DNA of 64,000 bases from assembly GCA_965242695.1 (NCBI GenBank), contig CBDESU010000001.1, positions 2,016,001-2,080,000 on the forward strand. The letters run 5' to 3'. Both the position numbers and the translations under genes were made by a program. This DNA is from Cenarchaeum sp. GTDB lineage: Archaea > Thermoproteota > Nitrososphaeria > Nitrososphaerales > Nitrosopumilaceae. Under the pieces are notes generated by a model. That model searched no databases and was not told the DNA's origin. It worked only from the letters and a program-made list of their open reading frames with translations. Below, in pieces: positions 48,402-58,544 of this stretch (positions are counted from its first letter, which is position 1; every line of letters begins with the position of its first letter).

Positions 48402-51400
48402 CTACCGCCCCGGCGCGCCGGCGCACTCTGCGGTGTACGTGACCTGCTGGACGAGCCGGCTGCCATTCACCTGGTCGTGGCCCGTCAGGTTGATCGCAAG
48501 CCACAGCTGCCTCTCCTGGCCGCCATCAAGGCCGAGCCCCGCGCCGCCGGCCGACAGGGGGGCAAACGCCCCGCCGCCCCGATCCTCCGCCGCCCCCGCC
48601 ACCACGGTGAGCGAGGCCGGCATGGACGGGGCGCCGTCGGCAGGCCGATCCGAGGCGGGGTCGATGTACCACGGGGTCGCATCAAGGTCGACGCGCTCAA
48701 ACGCCTGCGAGCCAGAGTTGACCACGTCCTGCCGAACCGCCTTGGAGTAGTCCCCGGGGCTGGCCTGCACTGCCAGGCGATCCGTGCCGAGGTGGATCGA
48801 GCACGTGTAGACGACGGGCGGCGGAGTGCCGCGCTCGGATACGACGGTGCCGAACCGCGTCAGGTGGTACGTGTAGATCACCATGTCGCCGGCCGAGTCG
48901 ATCCGGCACTCGCCCGCGCCGTCGAGCTGGCGCTCGACCCTTGCCGTGTCGTCGGCAGCGCATGCCGTGTCGATCGCCCTGATCGAGCCGTTTGTGCCGC
49001 CGTCGATGTAGAAGGCCCGGCCGCCGGCCTGGCCCTCGAGCGATATGCGGACCGGCTTTGTGAACTCGATGCGGGCGTCCCCGCTGCCGCCTATCTCGAC
49101 TATGCTTCGCGGCAGGACGCGGCCCGAGCCGTCGTAGGAAAGGGCATCCTGGATGCTCGAGTTGGTCGGAGGGGCATCGGTCGAAGCGACAACGTGGAGG
49201 GCGAGCATGCCGTCGGCAGGTACGGACGTCGCTTCCACCCCGGGCGGGAACGACACGGTTGCGAACGACGTAGCCACGGCGGTGCCGTTGGACGGGAACT
49301 GCACGGTTCCGCCCGCGGTGCCGGCGCCCGGCAGTCCCGACACGTCGATCGCGATGCGCACGCCGGTCCCTTCTCCGGCAAAGTTGCTCCGGCCAGCGAC
49401 CCCGCTCGGCCCCAGTACTACCGTCGTGGTATTGGCAGTGCCCTGGTCGCCGCCGGTGCCCGGGCCGCCGCCGGTGCCCGGGCCGCCGCCGGTGCCCGGG
49501 CCGCCGCCGGTGCCCGGGCCGCCGCCGGTGCCCGGGCCGCCGCCGGTGCCCGGGCCGCCGCCGGTGCCCGGGCCGCCGCCGGTGCCCGGGCCGCCGCCGG
49601 TGCCCGGGCCGCCGCCGGTGCCCGGGCCGCCGCCGGTGCCCGGGCCGCCGCCGGTGCCCGGGCCGCCGCCGGTGCCCGGGCCGCCGCCGGTGCCCGGGCC
49701 GCGTATTGTAATGTTCGAGGCATGCAGCGAGCTTGGCGAGCCCGTCGGAGGTAAGTATGGGTCGGCGTTGTTTCCAGCCGCATCTTTGATCGTCCCATCA
49801 TTGAGGGACAGCGCGCGGCGGTCCGCGTAGTCCAGGCGGTCCGCCGTGTCGTTGGCCTGCACGTCGTAGCGGAACGCAATCTCGGCGTCCCCGTCCGTGC
49901 CAGCGACGTACTCTGCGCTCCGGGCGGGAACCGTCGAGAGCGCCAGTGTGGGCGTCCCCGTGACGGTGACGCTCTCGCTGAAGGCGACGGCGATGTCTAC
50001 GGTAGAGCCGGCGCCGTGCGTGGCGTCCCCGTCCTGCGAGGATACCGACACGATGCGCGGCGCCTTGCCGTCGATCCGGATGCCCTCCGATGCGAGCGAG
50101 CCGGGATCGCCGGGGCCGGGCAGGCCCAGGTCGGCAGGGTTCCCGGCTGCGTCCAGGATCTTCGCGCCGCCCGGAAGGGACAGGGCCTCGCCGCTAGCGT
50201 AGCCGAGGACGTCCGCGCTGTCGTTGGCCTGCACGTCGTAGCGGAACGCAATATCGGAGTCCCCGTCCGTGCCAACGACGTACTCTGCGCTCCTGGCTGG
50301 AACCGTCGAGAGCGCCAGTGTGGGCGTCCCCGTGACGGTGACGCTCTCGCTGAAGACGACGGCGATGCTTACGGCAGAGCCGGCGCCGTACAGGTTCTGC
50401 GCGTCCGGCGAGCCGACGCGCGTGACAGACGGCGGCGCCGCATCGATCCGTATGTTCCGCAGATGTCCGAGCGAGCCGGGCGAGCCCGGGGCCGGCATCT
50501 CCAGGTCGGCATCGGCAGTGTCATTCCTGAGCATATCCTCCCGGGGCGCAGCGGTCAAGCATGCGACATTTTCAGTGCCACCTCCGTATCTGCATGCGAC
50601 TAGCTGGGACTGTCGGAATACGTATTCCTCCGGCACGTCCGACACGGCGCCGTGCGTGACCAGGGAGGCGGCGCCCGCATAGTCCAGGCGGCCCGTATTG
50701 TCGCCTGGCCGCACCTCGTAGGCGAAGGTCAAGTTCGTTCCGCTTCCCGACACGTACGTTGCGGCGCGTTCCGCCCCGTCAAGGGCGAGCAGGATCGAGG
50801 GGGGCGGCCCCGACACCGATACCGGCGCGTCAAAGCCGACCGTAAAGTTGATCCGGCTCCCCCCGACGTACGTGCCGTTCTGCGCAGACGTAGAGACACC
50901 CGTGACGAGCGGAGGCGACAGCCGCAGCAGCTGGATTCCACTGTCGTACTGCGGAGACACTATGGCGAACGTGGCGCGCCCTATGGTGAAAGCATCGACG
51001 TCGTAGGCGCCGTCGAGCTCTATCGAGCCGTCCTCCGCCACTGTGTTGTCGTCGAACAACGAGCCGGCCGCCTCTAGCGTGCCGTTTTCGTGCACCCGCG
51101 CCAGCTGGACGGCGTCGCCGGCGTGCGATGCGACTGCGACGTACGTGTGGCCGTCCATGGCAAACGAGTCGACGTTGTTGGCGCCGCCAAGACGCACGGC
51201 GACTGGCGGGTCGCGGACGACCGTGCCGCTCTGAACAGCAGGTATGTTGTTCCGGAGCGAGCCGGCCGCCTCTAGCGTGCCGTTGTAGTGCACGCGGATC
51301 AGCTGGACGCCGCTACTGTCGTACGATGCCACGGCCGCATAGGTGCGGCCGCCCGCCGTCTCGAACACGTCCATGCCGTGGGCCTTGTCCAGTGCCAGCG

Positions 51401-54155
51401 CGCTGTTGTTGGCAGTGCCGATCCAGCCCACAGGCGCGAGCGTGCCGTTGCCCTCGCCGCCCACCCGCAGCAGCTGCACGCCGTCCTTTGTCTGGGACGC
51501 AACCATGGCGTACGTGCGGTCTCCATCCTCGCCTCGCATCGTAAACACGTCCACGCCGCGGGCGCTGCGCAGCAGCAGCGTGGAATTGTCCAGAATCGAG
51601 TAGGCATCCACGAGCGTGCCGTTTTCGAGCACGCGGATCAAGTGCGCGCCGCCCGACCAGGTGTCCGAAGTGGCAATGGCGTACGTGCGGTTGCCCAGAT
51701 TGAAGGCGTCGACGCCCAAGGGCCCCGATGGGCCGGCGCTGCCACCCGGGGTGGCCGTAAGGTTGCCGTCGTCGTGCACGCGGATCAGCTGGACGCCTTC
51801 GTTCCACCCTGCCGTGATCGCGTATGTGCGGTTGCCCATGTTGAACACGTCGATGTCGACGGGGGCGGCGAGGTTCAGCGAGGCGTTGTCGCCGAGCGTG
51901 CTGACCGGCTCGAGCGTGCCGCCGTCGCGCACGCGGATCAGCTGGACGCCGTTCTCGTCGGCAGAGACGACCGCGGCGTACGTGGCGCCGCCCATGCCAA
52001 AGACTGCAACGCCGTGCGCGCTGCTGAGCCTCCAGCTTCCGCCATCCTCAAGGCGGTCGGCCGGGCGCAGTACGGGCTGCGGCCCGCCTCTGATCTCAAT
52101 GTCGCTCCGGCCGGCCAGCGGGCCTCCAGGCCCCGCGGCGGGCAGGGTCAGGTTTGCGGCGTTGCCAGCCGCATCACCGATCGCCGCGCCGTTGCCAAGG
52201 GAGAAGGCATCGGGGCCGGCATAGTCCAGGTCGGCCGCCTCGTCGCCAGGCTGCACCACGTACAGGAACGCCAGCTCGTCCGTGCCGCTGCCGCCGGCGT
52301 ACGAGGCGCTGCGCGGCGGCTCGGTTGCAAGCAGCAGCGCCGGACTTCCCGTGACGACTACCGCCTCGTCAAAGGACACGGTGATGTCGACTGCATGTCC
52401 AGTGCGGTACGTGCCGTTGGCGCTAGGCGATGCGATGCCTACGGCCGACGGAGCCTCGGCGTCGACCAGTATGTCGCGGGCATGGCCTAGCGAGCCGGGG
52501 TTGCCGCGGGCCGGCAGGGTCAGGAGTATGTTGCCGCCGCCGGCCGCGCTGATCGCCTCGCCGCCGCCAAGTGACAGGGCATCGGGGCCGGCATAGTCCA
52601 GGTCGGCCGCCATGTCGCCCTGCCGCACTGTGTAGTCAAACTCTAGGGTCCGGGTGCCGCTGCCGTTCACGTACGAGGCGCTGCGCGGCGGCTCGGTCGC
52701 AAGCGCCAGCGCGGGACTGCCCGTGACTGCGACAGGTGCCGAAAAGTCGACGGCGATTCTGACAGTATCATCGCGCACGTACGCGGCGTCCCCGCCGGGC
52801 GAGTCGACGCCGGTCGCGTACGCCGCGATCGTCGTGTTTATCGCGATGCTCTGCGAGCTGCCAAGGTGTCCGCCGGAGCCGGCCTGCCAGGGCAGGGAGT
52901 CGTCGACTGCATCGCCTGCCCTGTCCTCCAGGCCGCCGCCCTCCAGCGCGCCGCCGCCCGCATAGTCCAGCCCGGCCGAAGCGTCGCCCTGCCGCACCGT
53001 GTAGCTGAATGCGAGCGAGCGTGTGTTGTTGCCCGACTCGTACGCGGCCGTCCGGTTCGTATCGGCATCCAATGCGAGGACCAGCGACGGCGGCTGGCCG
53101 CTGTACACTACGGGCTCGCTAAAGTTGACAAGGACGTCGATGCGGTACCCCACGGGGTACGTGCCGTTGGGCAGGGGCGACCATACGCCGGCCACGGCCC
53201 CGTCGGCCGCAGTTATGCTGCCGTCGCTGGTAGCGCCGAGCGAGCCGGGCGAGCCGGGCTCGGGCAGCACGAGGCTCGCGTTGTTGCCGGCAAGGTCGGT
53301 CAGGTTGCCGCCCGTTTCAAGTGCCAACTTTCCTGCATAGTCCAGGTCGTCGGCAATGTCGCCCCGCACCACGGCATAGTTGAAGACGAGCGATTCCGTC
53401 CCGTTGCCATCCAGGTACGCCGCCGTCGCGTTGGCGCCGTCCAGCGCAAGCTTTAGCGTCGGCGGCTCTCCCAGCGCCCGAACCGGCTCGTCGAAGTTGA
53501 CGGTGACGTTGACCTGCGAGCCGGCGCCGTACGCGCCGTCCGGCATCGTGACATTCACCACGCGCGGTATGATGCCGTCGACTACGACGGTGCGTCCTAC
53601 CGAAAGCGAGTTGTGCCTGAAGTTGTTGGTGCCTGGAGTCGACAGCCAGCAGTTGATGGGATCGCCACTGTACCGAAGCCCGTCCCAGTACAGCGAGTTG
53701 GGCGCCTTGTAGTCGAGATCGTCCGAATAGTCGCCCGGCTGAACTGTATAAACGTAATGGGTATTCCGGCCACTACCGGTGTGCGAGGCATACACGGCAA
53801 ACCGGTCAACGTCGCCCGTCTCAAGCGCAAGGCGCGTGTGAGGAAGGCCATCTTGATTGCCGGAATTAGCAACGCCAGTAAGCCTGAAAATATTGATAAC
53901 GATCTCGTCTCCTATTCCGTACAGATCACCGGACGACACGAAGCTCGGTTCGGGAGAATGCTCAGCGGCAGGACCATCCCCGGGAATAATGCACGGCCCG
54001 CGGTGGTCTGCATGCGCTGCCGGCAGCAGTCCATGCTGCGGCGGGTGCGCCCACTGCGAGGGGGAGGCAGCGTCCGGTTGCCAAGAGCCCAGAGTCGGCA
54101 CATCGCCGCCCCAGAACGCCGGCGATGCGGCGGCAGCGGCGGCCAGTGCGATCAC
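48402..54155 (-). CDS. Giant surface protein: Ig-like repeats, LVIVD-like beta-propeller, (PGTGGG)n linker; true start possibly 54265 across a G10 tract
   Basis: About 8 V-FSEPV-V-G-P-L-L...Y-V--GD--LDY repeats; 6-7 YA-VAS----GVQLIRV blades. Confidence 0.88.
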   Translation of the reverse strand: MIALAAAAAASPAFWGGDVPTLGSWQPDAASPSQWAHPPQHGLLPAAHADHRGPCIIPGDGPAAEHSPEPSFVSSGDLYGIGDEIVINIFRLTGVANSGNQDGLPHTRLALETGDVDRFAVYASHTGSGRNTHYVYTVQPGDYSDDLDYKAPNSLYWDGLRYSGDPINCWLSTPGTNNFRHNSLSVGRTVVVDGIIPRVVNVTMPDGAYGAGSQVNVTVNFDEPVRALGEPPTLKLALDGANATAAYLDGNGTESLVFNYAVVRGDIADDLDYAGKLALETGGNLTDLAGNNASLVLPEPGSPGSLGATSDGSITAADGAVAGVWSPLPNGTYPVGYRIDVLVNFSEPVVYSGQPPSLVLALDADTNRTAAYESGNNTRSLAFSYTVRQGDASAGLDYAGGGALEGGGLEDRAGDAVDDSLPWQAGSGGHLGSSQSIAINTTIAAYATGVDSPGGDAAYVRDDTVRIAVDFSAPVAVTGSPALALATEPPRSASYVNGSGTRTLEFDYTVRQGDMAADLDYAGPDALSLGGGEAISAAGGGNILLTLPARGNPGSLGHARDILVDAEAPSAVGIASPSANGTYRTGHAVDITVSFDEAVVVTGSPALLLATEPPRSASYAGGSGTDELAFLYVVQPGDEAADLDYAGPDAFSLGNGAAIGDAAGNAANLTLPAAGPGGPLAGRSDIEIRGGPQPVLRPADRLEDGGSWRLSSAHGVAVFGMGGATYAAVVSADENGVQLIRVRDGGTLEPVSTLGDNASLNLAAPVDIDVFNMGNRTYAITAGWNEGVQLIRVHDDGNLTATPGGSAGPSGPLGVDAFNLGNRTYAIATSDTWSGGAHLIRVLENGTLVDAYSILDNSTLLLRSARGVDVFTMRGEDGDRTYAMVASQTKDGVQLLRVGGEGNGTLAPVGWIGTANNSALALDKAHGMDVFETAGGRTYAAVASYDSSGVQLIRVHYNGTLEAAGSLRNNIPAVQSGTVVRDPPVAVRLGGANNVDSFAMDGHTYVAVASHAGDAVQLARVHENGTLEAAGSLFDDNTVAEDGSIELDGAYDVDAFTIGRATFAIVSPQYDSGIQLLRLSPPLVTGVSTSAQNGTYVGGSRINFTVGFDAPVSVSGPPPSILLALDGAERAATYVSGSGTNLTFAYEVRPGDNTGRLDYAGAASLVTHGAVSDVPEEYVFRQSQLVACRYGGGTENVACLTAAPREDMLRNDTADADLEMPAPGSPGSLGHLRNIRIDAAPPSVTRVGSPDAQNLYGAGSAVSIAVVFSESVTVTGTPTLALSTVPARSAEYVVGTDGDSDIAFRYDVQANDSADVLGYASGEALSLPGGAKILDAAGNPADLGLPGPGDPGSLASEGIRIDGKAPRIVSVSSQDGDATHGAGSTVDIAVAFSESVTVTGTPTLALSTVPARSAEYVAGTDGDAEIAFRYDVQANDTADRLDYADRRALSLNDGTIKDAAGNNADPYLPPTGSPSSLHASNITIRGPGTGGGPGTGGGPGTGGGPGTGGGPGTGGGPGTGGGPGTGGGPGTGGGPGTGGGPGTGGGPGTGGGPGTGGGPGTGGGPGTGGDQGTANTTTVVLGPSGVAGRSNFAGEGTGVRIAIDVSGLPGAGTAGGTVQFPSNGTAVATSFATVSFPPGVEATSVPADGMLALHVVASTDAPPTNSSIQDALSYDGSGRVLPRSIVEIGGSGDARIEFTKPVRISLEGQAGGRAFYIDGGTNGSIRAIDTACAADDTARVERQLDGAGECRIDSAGDMVIYTYHLTRFGTVVSERGTPPPVVYTCSIHLGTDRLAVQASPGDYSKAVRQDVVNSGSQAFERVDLDATPWYIDPASDRPADGAPSMPASLTVVAGAAEDRGGGAFAPLSAGGAGLGLDGGQERQLWLAINLTGHDQVNGSRLVQQVTYTAECAGAPGR
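49449..49701. repeat. 18-bp perfect VNTR, ~14 copies (encodes PGTGGG)
   Basis: CCGCCGGTGCCCGGGCCG repeated in tandem. Confidence 0.95.
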
Positions 54156-54559
54156 AAGTGCCGCGGCAGAGGCAAGGCGCGGCGCAGGGCGGCGGCATCC
54201 CTCCGCTGCGGGGAATCGCGGCCCGGCGCCCCCCCCCCTCGGAAGCCGCCCGCGCCGCGCGGCATCGGGCCGTGCCGGCCCGCCGAGTCAGGCTTGCAGA
54301 TCAACCATACCCGCTCCGTCGGCGCCGCCCCCCCCCCCCTATTTAATGTGACGATCATGCCCGCATGTCGGGTCGCAGACATTCGGTCTCTAGCGTCAAC
54401 CCACCCCAGCTGCCCAGATGCGCGCGTCGCCTGCCAGGCTTGAATGTGCACCCCGCTCTTGGGCGCGGCGGGTGCGGCGCCGGTTCGGGCGGCCCGATTC
54501 CGCGCGCCGCGGCACCCCGTGCCCGGCCCGTTTTAATAGGAATTTCCAAGCGGCGCGGC

Positions 54560-56086
54560 GTGCAAAGGGTGCTCCACGAGATCGAGCGGGCCGCCATAGA
54601 GGCCCTGGACGGGGCGGGGGACGGCATGGGCGAGGCCGACCTTGCGGGGGCGGCAGGGCTGTCGCCGGACCAGACGCGGCGGGGGATCGAGTGGCTCAGG
54701 CACAAGGGGCTTGCCGACGTGGGCGAGTCGTCCGAGTCGATCGTCTCGCTAGGTCCGGCGGGGCGCGGCGCAGCGGAGGCGGCCGGAAGGGGTGGCGGCG
54801 CAGAGGGAGCGCTGCCCGAGCGCCGCCTGCTAGAGATGCTAGCCGGGGCCGGCGGGCGCGGCGTGGAGGCAGGCAGGCTGCAGGCGGCGATGGGATCCGA
54901 CTTTGGCCCCGCCATGGGCATTGCAAGGAGGGCGGGGTGGGCAAGGGCCGGCCCCGGCGGCAGGGTCGAGCTTGCCGGCGGGCGCGGCGGGGCCGACAAG
55001 CTCGTCTCTTTGTACGAGGGCCTGCTCAAGAGGATCGGCAGTGCGGGGGAATCCGGCATTGCCGCGGCGGGCCTGTCCGGCGCCGAGGCGGAGGCGCTCG
55101 CATCCCTGAGGCGCAGGCCGGGGTACGTCGTCGAGCGCGCCTCAAAGTCCAGGACCGTCCGCCTGACAGCGGAGGGCAGGCAGGCCGCATCGGGCCTCAA
55201 GCAGGGCGGCACAGGAGGCGGCAAGGCGGCAGGAACGGCCGGCGCGATCGACGTAGAGGCAGCCGTCCCGGCCGCCCTGCCGGCGCGCCTGCACCCCCTG
55301 ACGGAGACGATCGAGGCCGTCCGCGACGCGTTCGTCGCGCTAGGCTTTTCCGAGATTGTCGGGCCTCACGTGCAGCCGGGATTCTGGAACTTTGATGCGC
55401 TGTTTACGCCGCAGGACCACCCGGCGCGCGAGATGCAGGACACCTTCTACGTGGCCGGCGCGCGGGGGGAGGCGCGGCCGGCCGAGTACGGGCGCATTCC
55501 CGCCGCAGCGGCCCATACGCGCGCCGTGGCCGGCGCGCACGCGCGCGGCTGGGGGTACGGCTGGAGCGCGGCCGAGTCGAGAAAGGCCGTCCTGCGCACG
55601 CATACGACGTGCGTCACGGCGAGGCACCTTGCCGAGAGCCGCCCCGAGCGGGCAAGGATATTCTCGCTCGGCCGCGTGTTCCGCAACGAAAAGGCCAGCT
55701 ACAAGCACCTCTCCGAGTTCCACCAGGTCGAGGGCGTGGTGGTCGGCCCCGGCGCCGACATGCGCTCGCTCATGGGCATACTCGAAAAGTTCTACAGCAT
55801 GATCGGCGTGCGGAGGGTAAAGTTCTGGCCTACGTACTTTCCGTACACCGAGCCGTCGCTGCAGGCCATGGCGTACAACGAGAAGCACGGCAGGTGGGTC
55901 GAGCTGTTCGGCATGGGCATGCTCAGGCGCGAGGTGACGGAGCCGCTCGGCATGGGCGACGCGCCCGTCCTGGCGTGGGGCGGCGGGATCGAGCGGATTG
56001 CGATGATGCGGTACGGCGTAGACGACGTGCGCAGGTTCTACGGCAACGACCTCGGGTGGCTCAGGGGTGCGGCGGCATGCCCGTAA
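54560..56086 (+). CDS. pheS: Phenylalanine-tRNA ligase alpha subunit
   Basis: FWNFDALFTPQDHPAREMQDTFY, LRTHTT, FRNE, EFHQVEG, YFPYTEPS. Confidence 0.97.
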   Translation: MQRVLHEIERAAIEALDGAGDGMGEADLAGAAGLSPDQTRRGIEWLRHKGLADVGESSESIVSLGPAGRGAAEAAGRGGGAEGALPERRLLEMLAGAGGRGVEAGRLQAAMGSDFGPAMGIARRAGWARAGPGGRVELAGGRGGADKLVSLYEGLLKRIGSAGESGIAAAGLSGAEAEALASLRRRPGYVVERASKSRTVRLTAEGRQAASGLKQGGTGGGKAAGTAGAIDVEAAVPAALPARLHPLTETIEAVRDAFVALGFSEIVGPHVQPGFWNFDALFTPQDHPAREMQDTFYVAGARGEARPAEYGRIPAAAAHTRAVAGAHARGWGYGWSAAESRKAVLRTHTTCVTARHLAESRPERARIFSLGRVFRNEKASYKHLSEFHQVEGVVVGPGADMRSLMGILEKFYSMIGVRRVKFWPTYFPYTEPSLQAMAYNEKHGRWVELFGMGMLRREVTEPLGMGDAPVLAWGGGIERIAMMRYGVDDVRRFYGNDLGWLRGAAACP

Positions 56087-57837
56087 TCGAGCTAGACTAC
56101 AGCAGGCTGCGGCGGCTCGTCGCGGCCGGCGGCGGCGGAGGGCCGGCGCGCGGCATCGCGAAGAGGGCCATATCCGAGGCCCTCCCGTACCTGGGCCTGG
56201 ACATTGAGGGAGAGGAGGGCGGGTCTGTCAGGGTCGAGTACAGCCCCAACAGGCCCGACTATTCAACGGACTGGGGCGTGGCCGCCGGCCTGCGCGGACT
56301 GCTCGGCCGCGCGCCCGAAGGGCCGGAGGAGGACGGCGCGGAATACGAGCCCGGCCCGGGGAGCGCCGGCATGCGGCTGCGCGCCGACCCGTCCGTGTCG
56401 CAGATCAGGCCGTTCATTACGATGGTTGCCGCCCGCGGCGGCCGGCTCGACGGGCGCTCGCTTGCGCAGCTCATCGCAATGCAGGAGGACCTGCACGACG
56501 GCATCGGCAGGCGGCGCAGAAAGGCGTCGATCGGCCTGCACGACGCGGGGCCCGTCAGGTTCCCGCTGTCGTATACGGCCGCACGACGCGGCCACCGCTT
56601 CGTCCCGCTCGGCGGCAAAAAGGAGATGACCGTCGACGAGGTGCTCGCCGGCACGCCCGTCGGCGCCGAGTACGGCAGCCTGCTCGCCGGCCACTCGAGG
56701 GTTCCCGTCGTGCTCGACGCGTCCGGCCTGACCCTGTCCCTGCCGCCCGTCATAAACGGCGAGGCCACGGCCCTGAAGGAGTCTACCGCGGACATACTCG
56801 TAGAGGTGACAGGCACGGACCGGACCGCATGCGAGGATGCGCTGTCCGTGGCGGCCCGCACGCTCCACCTAGCGGGGTTTGCACTCGAGCGGGTGCGCGT
56901 GTCCGGCGCCGGCAACCGCACGGCCCCGCTCGGGCCCCGCCGCATGTCCGTCGATGCCCGGCTCGTGTCCAGGTCGCTAGGCATCGCAATGACGGCCGGA
57001 GAGGTCGCCGGCGCCCTGCGCCGGGCCGGCTTGCGGGCGGACGCGCGCAGTGGATCGCATACGGTGCGGTGCGCCGTCCCGCGCCACCGCTTCGACATAC
57101 TCGGGCCCATGGACCTCGTAGAGGAGGCGCTGCTCGGGCACGGCGTCCGGCGCATCGAGCCGGCCCTGCCGCCGTCGCCGTCGGTCGGCTCGCTCCACCC
57201 CGCAACGTCGGCCGTGCGCGCGGTGCGCCTTGCGATGGTCGGACTCGGGTACACCGAGGCGCTCTCGCCGAGCCTCTCGGACGCATCCCTGCTCAGGGGG
57301 CGGGCGGGGAGGGAGGGGCGCGACCCGCCAGCGTCCGTCCTGGACTCGAAGAGCGCCGACCGCACGGCCCTCCGCGACTCGCTGCTGCCGGGCCTGCTCG
57401 AGGCGCTCTCGAGAAACGTCCACGAGCCGTACCCGCAGAGGCTCTTCGAGGTCGGGGCCGTGTTCGAGCCAGGAAGGTCCGGCGGCCCGCCGGCCGAGTC
57501 GCACCGCCTGTGCGCCGTGTGCGCGCACTCGGGCGCGTCGTACACCGAGATAAAGGGCGTGCTGCTCGCCGCATCCGGCGCGGCCCTCGGGGGGCCGTGC
57601 TCGACGAGGGCCGCGGCCGAGGGGGCCACGGCCCCGCTTGCCGCCGGCAGGTCGGCGATCGTCCACGCGGGCCCGTCCGGCGGGGCGGCCGGCATCGCCG
57701 GCGAGCTCGACGCCGGCGTGGCAAGGGGGTTCCGCATACGCCAGCCTGTCGCCGCCCTGGAGGTGGAGCTAGCCATTAATACGCCGCGCCGGCCGCCGCG
57801 GCGCCCCAAGAGCAGGCGCGCAGACGGACCGCGATGA
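56077..57837 (+). CDS. pheT: Phenylalanine-tRNA ligase beta subunit
   Basis: EYSPNRPDY, MQEDLHDGIGRRRRKASIGLHD, SLPPVING, LRDSLLPGLL, PQRLFEVG. Confidence 0.96.
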   Translation: MPVIELDYSRLRRLVAAGGGGGPARGIAKRAISEALPYLGLDIEGEEGGSVRVEYSPNRPDYSTDWGVAAGLRGLLGRAPEGPEEDGAEYEPGPGSAGMRLRADPSVSQIRPFITMVAARGGRLDGRSLAQLIAMQEDLHDGIGRRRRKASIGLHDAGPVRFPLSYTAARRGHRFVPLGGKKEMTVDEVLAGTPVGAEYGSLLAGHSRVPVVLDASGLTLSLPPVINGEATALKESTADILVEVTGTDRTACEDALSVAARTLHLAGFALERVRVSGAGNRTAPLGPRRMSVDARLVSRSLGIAMTAGEVAGALRRAGLRADARSGSHTVRCAVPRHRFDILGPMDLVEEALLGHGVRRIEPALPPSPSVGSLHPATSAVRAVRLAMVGLGYTEALSPSLSDASLLRGRAGREGRDPPASVLDSKSADRTALRDSLLPGLLEALSRNVHEPYPQRLFEVGAVFEPGRSGGPPAESHRLCAVCAHSGASYTEIKGVLLAASGAALGGPCSTRAAAEGATAPLAAGRSAIVHAGPSGGAAGIAGELDAGVARGFRIRQPVAALEVELAINTPRRPPRRPKSRRADGPR

Positions 57838-57994
57838 AGTCGAGATCGTCCCGATGCCGGTGATTCCCGGCCACCCAGGCGCGCCACAGGGCAGACCCCG
57901 GCCACGGAACGGACGGAGGGTATGGCTAGCCTGTGAACTCGCGCGAGTCAGGGCCGGGGGACACAGTGATAAGGGGCGGCGGCCGCGGCCGCCC

Positions 57995-58417
57995 GTGGCG
58001 AGGGGGTACTGGCTCGTAAAGCAAGAGCCCGAGGGGCCGCGCGGATACAGCTTTGAGCGCATGAAGGAGGACGGCCGGACCGTCTGGGACGGCGTGCGCA
58101 ACAACCTGGCCCTCAAGCACATCCGCAGCATGAAGAGGGGCGACCTTGCGCTGTACTACCACACGGGCGGCCACCGCGAGGCCGTCGGGATAGTAGAGGT
58201 CGTCTCCGGCCCGTACCCCGACCCAGAGGCCGGCGACGAGCGGTGGACCGTCGTCGACGTGAGGTACAAGAGGGCCCTCAAGAGGCCGGTGGGGCTAGAC
58301 GAGATAAAGTCCGACCCCGCGTTCGCCGGGTGGGACCTGCTCCGCATATCGCGCCTGTCGGTCGTCCCCGTGCCGAGGGCGATGTGGGAGAGGGTGCTCG
58401 AGCTGTCGCGCGGGTAG
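57995..58417 (+). CDS. EVE domain protein
   Basis: YWLVKQEP, WDGVRN, GDLALYYH, RLSVVPV. Confidence 0.92.
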   Translation: MARGYWLVKQEPEGPRGYSFERMKEDGRTVWDGVRNNLALKHIRSMKRGDLALYYHTGGHREAVGIVEVVSGPYPDPEAGDERWTVVDVRYKRALKRPVGLDEIKSDPAFAGWDLLRISRLSVVPVPRAMWERVLELSRG

Positions 58418-58544
58418 GCTGAGGGAGGGGCGCCTAGGCGCCGGCCGGGGGCAAGACGGCCCGACCGGCCTCCACGCAGGGCGGCTTTTGCGGCCGCGGC
58501 GGTCGATCGCAGGGCAGATATACCCCCCGTATCCCCGCGCCCCC

